NCBI GenBank assembly: GCA_034435515.1
Contig: DAOTXG010000529.1
Coordinates: 1-33,593 of the forward strand
Source of the DNA: Anaerolineales bacterium
Lineage (GTDB): Bacteria; Chloroflexota; Anaerolineae; Anaerolineales; UBA6663
Length of the DNA: 33,593 nucleotides
Reading direction: 5' to 3'
Every line of letters starts with the position of its first letter. Within the stretch, counting starts at the first letter, position 1. A model generated the notes under the pieces. It did not search any database, was not told where the DNA came from, and was given only the letters and a program-made list of their open reading frames with translations. The position numbers were made by a program, and so were the translations under genes. This document shows positions 31,562 through 33,593 of this stretch, piece by piece.

Positions 31562-32737
31562 ATGACTGCCACCCTTCTACTCGTAGACGACGAAGAACCT
31601 GCGCTTTCCTTCATGTCCGCCATGCTGCGCGATGCGGGCTACGAGGTGCTCGAGGCCCGGCGGCTGCAAGCCGCCCAGGCGATTGTCGAGCGCGGCGAGG
31701 CCGACGTCATCATCCTGGACGTGCAGCTCCCCGACGGCTATGGCCCGGACTGGCTCGAACGCCTGCGCCACGAGCAGCCGGGCTTGCCTGTCATCATGGT
31801 CACTGGCTACGGCGATATCGAGATGGCGGTCGAGGCCATGAAATTCGGCGCGCAGGATTTCATCCAGAAACCCGTGGACTTCAACCGCCTGCGCGGCGCG
31901 GTGCAGAAGGCGGCCGAGTCGGTCGCCCTCCAGCGCGAACTGGCCCATCTGCGGAGCGCGCGGATGCCGCCGGACGGGTGGGTGGCCGGGGAAGCGCCCG
32001 CCATGAAACGGCTGCTCCACGACCTGGCCCGCGTGGCCCCCGCGCAAACCACCATCCTCCTCACGGGCGAAAGCGGTACCGGGAAAGATGTGCTGGCCGG
32101 CGCCATCCACAAGATGTCGCCCCGCGCCAACCGGCCCTACATCCCGGTGAACTGCGCCAACTTTACCGACACGCTGCTGGAGTCCGAGCTTTTCGGCTAC
32201 GAGGCGGGGGCGTTTACCGGGGCGACGAAGAGGCGGGATGGGCTGTTTGTGACGGCGGACGGGGGGACCTTGTTTCTCGACGAAATCTCGACGATGAAGC
32301 ACGAACTGCAGGCCCGCCTCTTGCGCGTGCTCGAAGACCGCTCCATCCGCCGCCTCGGCGGGACGACCGAAACCAAGGTGGATGTGCGCATCCTCACGGC
32401 CACCAACCGCGATCTGGTCGAGATGGTCAAAGCCGGGACCTTCCGCGAAGACCTCTATCACCGGCTGAACGTCGTGGAGCTGCATGTACCCCCGCTCCGC
32501 GAACGCCTGGAAGACATCCCGGCCCTGGTCGGGCATTTCATCGGGAAATACAACCGCGAGATGGGGCGCAACGTGCAGGGCGCCGGGCCGGACGTGCTCG
32601 ACGCGCTTAAGAATTACCACTGGCCCGGCAACATCCGCCAACTCCGCAACGCCATCGAACGCGCTATGCTTTTCGCCGACGGCGACACGCTCGAAATCGG
32701 CCACTTCGCGCCGGAGATCGCCGGCGTGTTTGCCTGA
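31562..32737 (+). CDS. sigma-54-dependent response regulator (REC + AAA+), lacking a C-terminal HTH DNA-binding domain
   Basis: REC LLVDDEE...ILDVQLPDGYG. Walker A GESGTGKD, GAFTGA loop (YEAGAFTGAT), Walker B LFLDEI, and R-finger/sensor II region NIRQLRNAIERA. The protein ends about 25 residues after that region. AGGAGG RBS. Confidence 0.93.
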   Translation: MTATLLLVDDEEPALSFMSAMLRDAGYEVLEARRLQAAQAIVERGEADVIILDVQLPDGYGPDWLERLRHEQPGLPVIMVTGYGDIEMAVEAMKFGAQDFIQKPVDFNRLRGAVQKAAESVALQRELAHLRSARMPPDGWVAGEAPAMKRLLHDLARVAPAQTTILLTGESGTGKDVLAGAIHKMSPRANRPYIPVNCANFTDTLLESELFGYEAGAFTGATKRRDGLFVTADGGTLFLDEISTMKHELQARLLRVLEDRSIRRLGGTTETKVDVRILTATNRDLVEMVKAGTFREDLYHRLNVVELHVPPLRERLEDIPALVGHFIGKYNREMGRNVQGAGPDVLDALKNYHWPGNIRQLRNAIERAMLFADGDTLEIGHFAPEIAGVFA

Positions 32738-32811
32738 ACCAGCCTCCTTCTGTTCGCAGTCATTCATAGTGCCCGTTCGTAGTGACGCACGCTAGTCGTC
32801 AGTGCGCCACC

Positions 32812-32827
32812 TGGCACGCTTCTTGCA
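32812..32827 (+). promoter_or_regulatory. sigma-54 (-24/-12) promoter-like element downstream of the activator gene
   Basis: cTGGCACG-CTTC-TTGCA is a near-perfect match to YTGGCACGrNNNTTGCW. It is intergenic and on the same strand as the module. Confidence 0.65.
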
Positions 32828-32845
32828 CTCCTCGGCCTCCAGACG

Positions 32846-32949
32846 TATAGCTGTCCAGATAAGTTCTTTCCCGTCTCACACCTGACAGGTTTTTTGGAAA
32901 CCTGTCAGGTGTGAGACGCACGCGGAAAAGACTTTTCTGGAGAACTATA
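32846..32949. repeat. 104-nt near-perfect inverted-repeat element (perfect 20-bp core stem)
   Basis: Core GTCTCACACCTGACAGGTTT (32873-32892) / AAACCTGTCAGGTGTGAGAC (32898-32917). The outer arms TATAGCTGTCCAGATAAGTTCTTTCC and GGAAAAGACTTTTCTGGAGAACTATA are complementary at 21/26 positions. Confidence 0.85.
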
Positions 32950-32974
32950 ACTGCTCAGGCCGGGCAGTAGAGAA

Positions 32975-33073
32975 CGCTGATTCCGCTGAAAGACGCTGAT
33001 GGCGCTGATTATCTTTCTAAACATCAGCGAAAAACCTGTCCTGAGCGCAGCCGAAGGATCAGCCGGATCAGCG
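32975..33073. repeat. CGCTGAW direct repeats (x4, 9-10-nt period) followed by inverted ATCAGCS copies (x3)
   Basis: CGCTGA at 32975, 32984, 32994 and 33003. ATCAGC at 33023, 33058 and 33067. Confidence 0.8.
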
Positions 33074-33221
33074 TCACACTTGCACCCCGTTCGGGCCGCG
33101 AACCCGCCGGGGCGAGATCGCGAAGCATCCCTGCGGGACGGCCTGCGCGCAAGCGCAGGTGTCAGCGTTCAAAAGAACGCCGGGCTGAGGAGTTACTTGC
33201 TAATATGACTTGGAGGCTTTC

Positions 33222-33551
33222 ATGCTCGACCTCGTAACCCCTGACAACATGCGCCTGGTGATGGGACTGGCGTTCTTTCCCATCGGCCTGCTCTCGACCC
33301 TGGCCGGCCTCGTCATGCTCGTCGTCGGGCCGTATCGCAGGGAAGCACAGGCCCTCGCCGCCCACTCGGCCCGCCTCAGCCAGAAGGGGCTGACCGGCGA
33401 CATCGCCGCCATCGCCCAATCGGCCACCGGGTTGATTAACGCCGTGAACGACCTCATCCGCACCTCGTCTGGAAACGCGATCGTCCTCGTCGGCGTCGGG
33501 ATGGTGTTCGAGCTCGCCTCGTACTGGCTCCTCATTGCGAGCGTCGCGTGA
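33222..33551 (+). CDS. small two-TM membrane protein, function unknown
   Basis: GGAGG 5 nt upstream of the ATG at 33222. Hydrophobic helices at both ends (LVMGLAFFPIGLLSTLAGLVMLVV; IVLVGVGMVFELASYWLLIA) flank an amphipathic middle. Confidence 0.6.
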   Translation: MLDLVTPDNMRLVMGLAFFPIGLLSTLAGLVMLVVGPYRREAQALAAHSARLSQKGLTGDIAAIAQSATGLINAVNDLIRTSSGNAIVLVGVGMVFELASYWLLIASVA

Positions 33552-33552
33552 C

Positions 33553-33593
33553 GAGTGACAAGTGACAAGTGATGAGTAATGAGTAACGAGTGG
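33553..33593. repeat. heptamer array GAGTGAC-AAGTGAC-AAGTGAT-GAGTAAT-GAGTAAC-GAGTGG (runs off the right edge)
   Basis: Phased 7-nt units start 2 nt after the stop of the membrane-protein gene. The unit family and sense orientation match those after pepN (complement of 3576-3596). Confidence 0.9.

Noticed and set aside
30142-32767. 493-aa and 396-aa minus-strand ORFs opposite the PAS kinase and the sigma-54 activator (also 28424-29434 opposite rpoN, 23777-24895 opposite the NACHT gene, 17389-18735 opposite clpX, and 20223-20900 opposite tig)
   Set aside because: All are mirror ORFs of well-supported genes. They have no motifs, are Arg/Gly/Ala/Pro-rich and lack ribosome-binding sites.
32999-33208. 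69-aa plus-strand ORF between the sigma-54 promoter and the membrane-protein gene
   Set aside because: It has no RBS. The sequence is built from the CGCTGAT / GC-rich repeat region (..PVLSAAEGSAGS..), so it is most likely a repeat-derived pseudo-ORF.

Overview
GC-rich bacterial chromosomal window with about 31 protein genes and one tRNA. The gene content and repeat style suggest a Chloroflexota-like lineage, but that is inference only. All product calls come from motifs read by eye in the supplied translations; no searches were run. The left two-thirds is mostly housekeeping. On the minus strand: an ATCase-like carbamoyltransferase, a YgeY-type M20 hydrolase, pepN, fabI, mpg, a SpoU/TrmH methyltransferase, guaB, rlmN, a TPR protein, a HAD-IIA hydrolase, clpX, clpP, tig and tRNA-Leu(UAG). 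On the plus strand: an ABM-like protein, an S51 peptidase, a 6x LysM protein, an RRM RNA-binding protein, a CarD/CdnL-like regulator and a cold-shock protein. The most interesting part is on the right, where a compact sigma-54 module sits. It consists of rpoN carrying a CxxC-X8-CxxC insertion, translationally coupled (ATGA) to a PAS-GAF-PAS histidine kinase, followed by an NtrC-type activator that has the GAFTGA motif but no DNA-binding domain. Two near-consensus -24/-12 promoters flank this module. One lies directly upstream of rpoN and abuts a TTGACC-17-TATACT sigma-70 promoter. The other lies just after the activator gene and fires into a 104-nt near-perfect hairpin. About 5 kb upstream, a COG1579 coiled-coil/Zn-ribbon protein is co-operonic with a membrane-anchored NACHT-like NTPase carrying HEAT repeats. 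COG1579 is the HP0958/CT398 family, whose members are reported to bind RpoN. Across the whole window the intergenic spacers are filled with an unusual repeat repertoire: nested double palindromes with GAGAC...GTCTC clamps (one pair near-identical about 7 kb apart), inverted arrays of heptamers and 9-mers that overlap stop codons, and roughly 100-nt inverted-repeat elements, one of which has TSD-like flanks. No CRISPR array, prophage or integrase was seen. Many long antisense ORFs in the supplied track are artefacts of GC-rich sequence.
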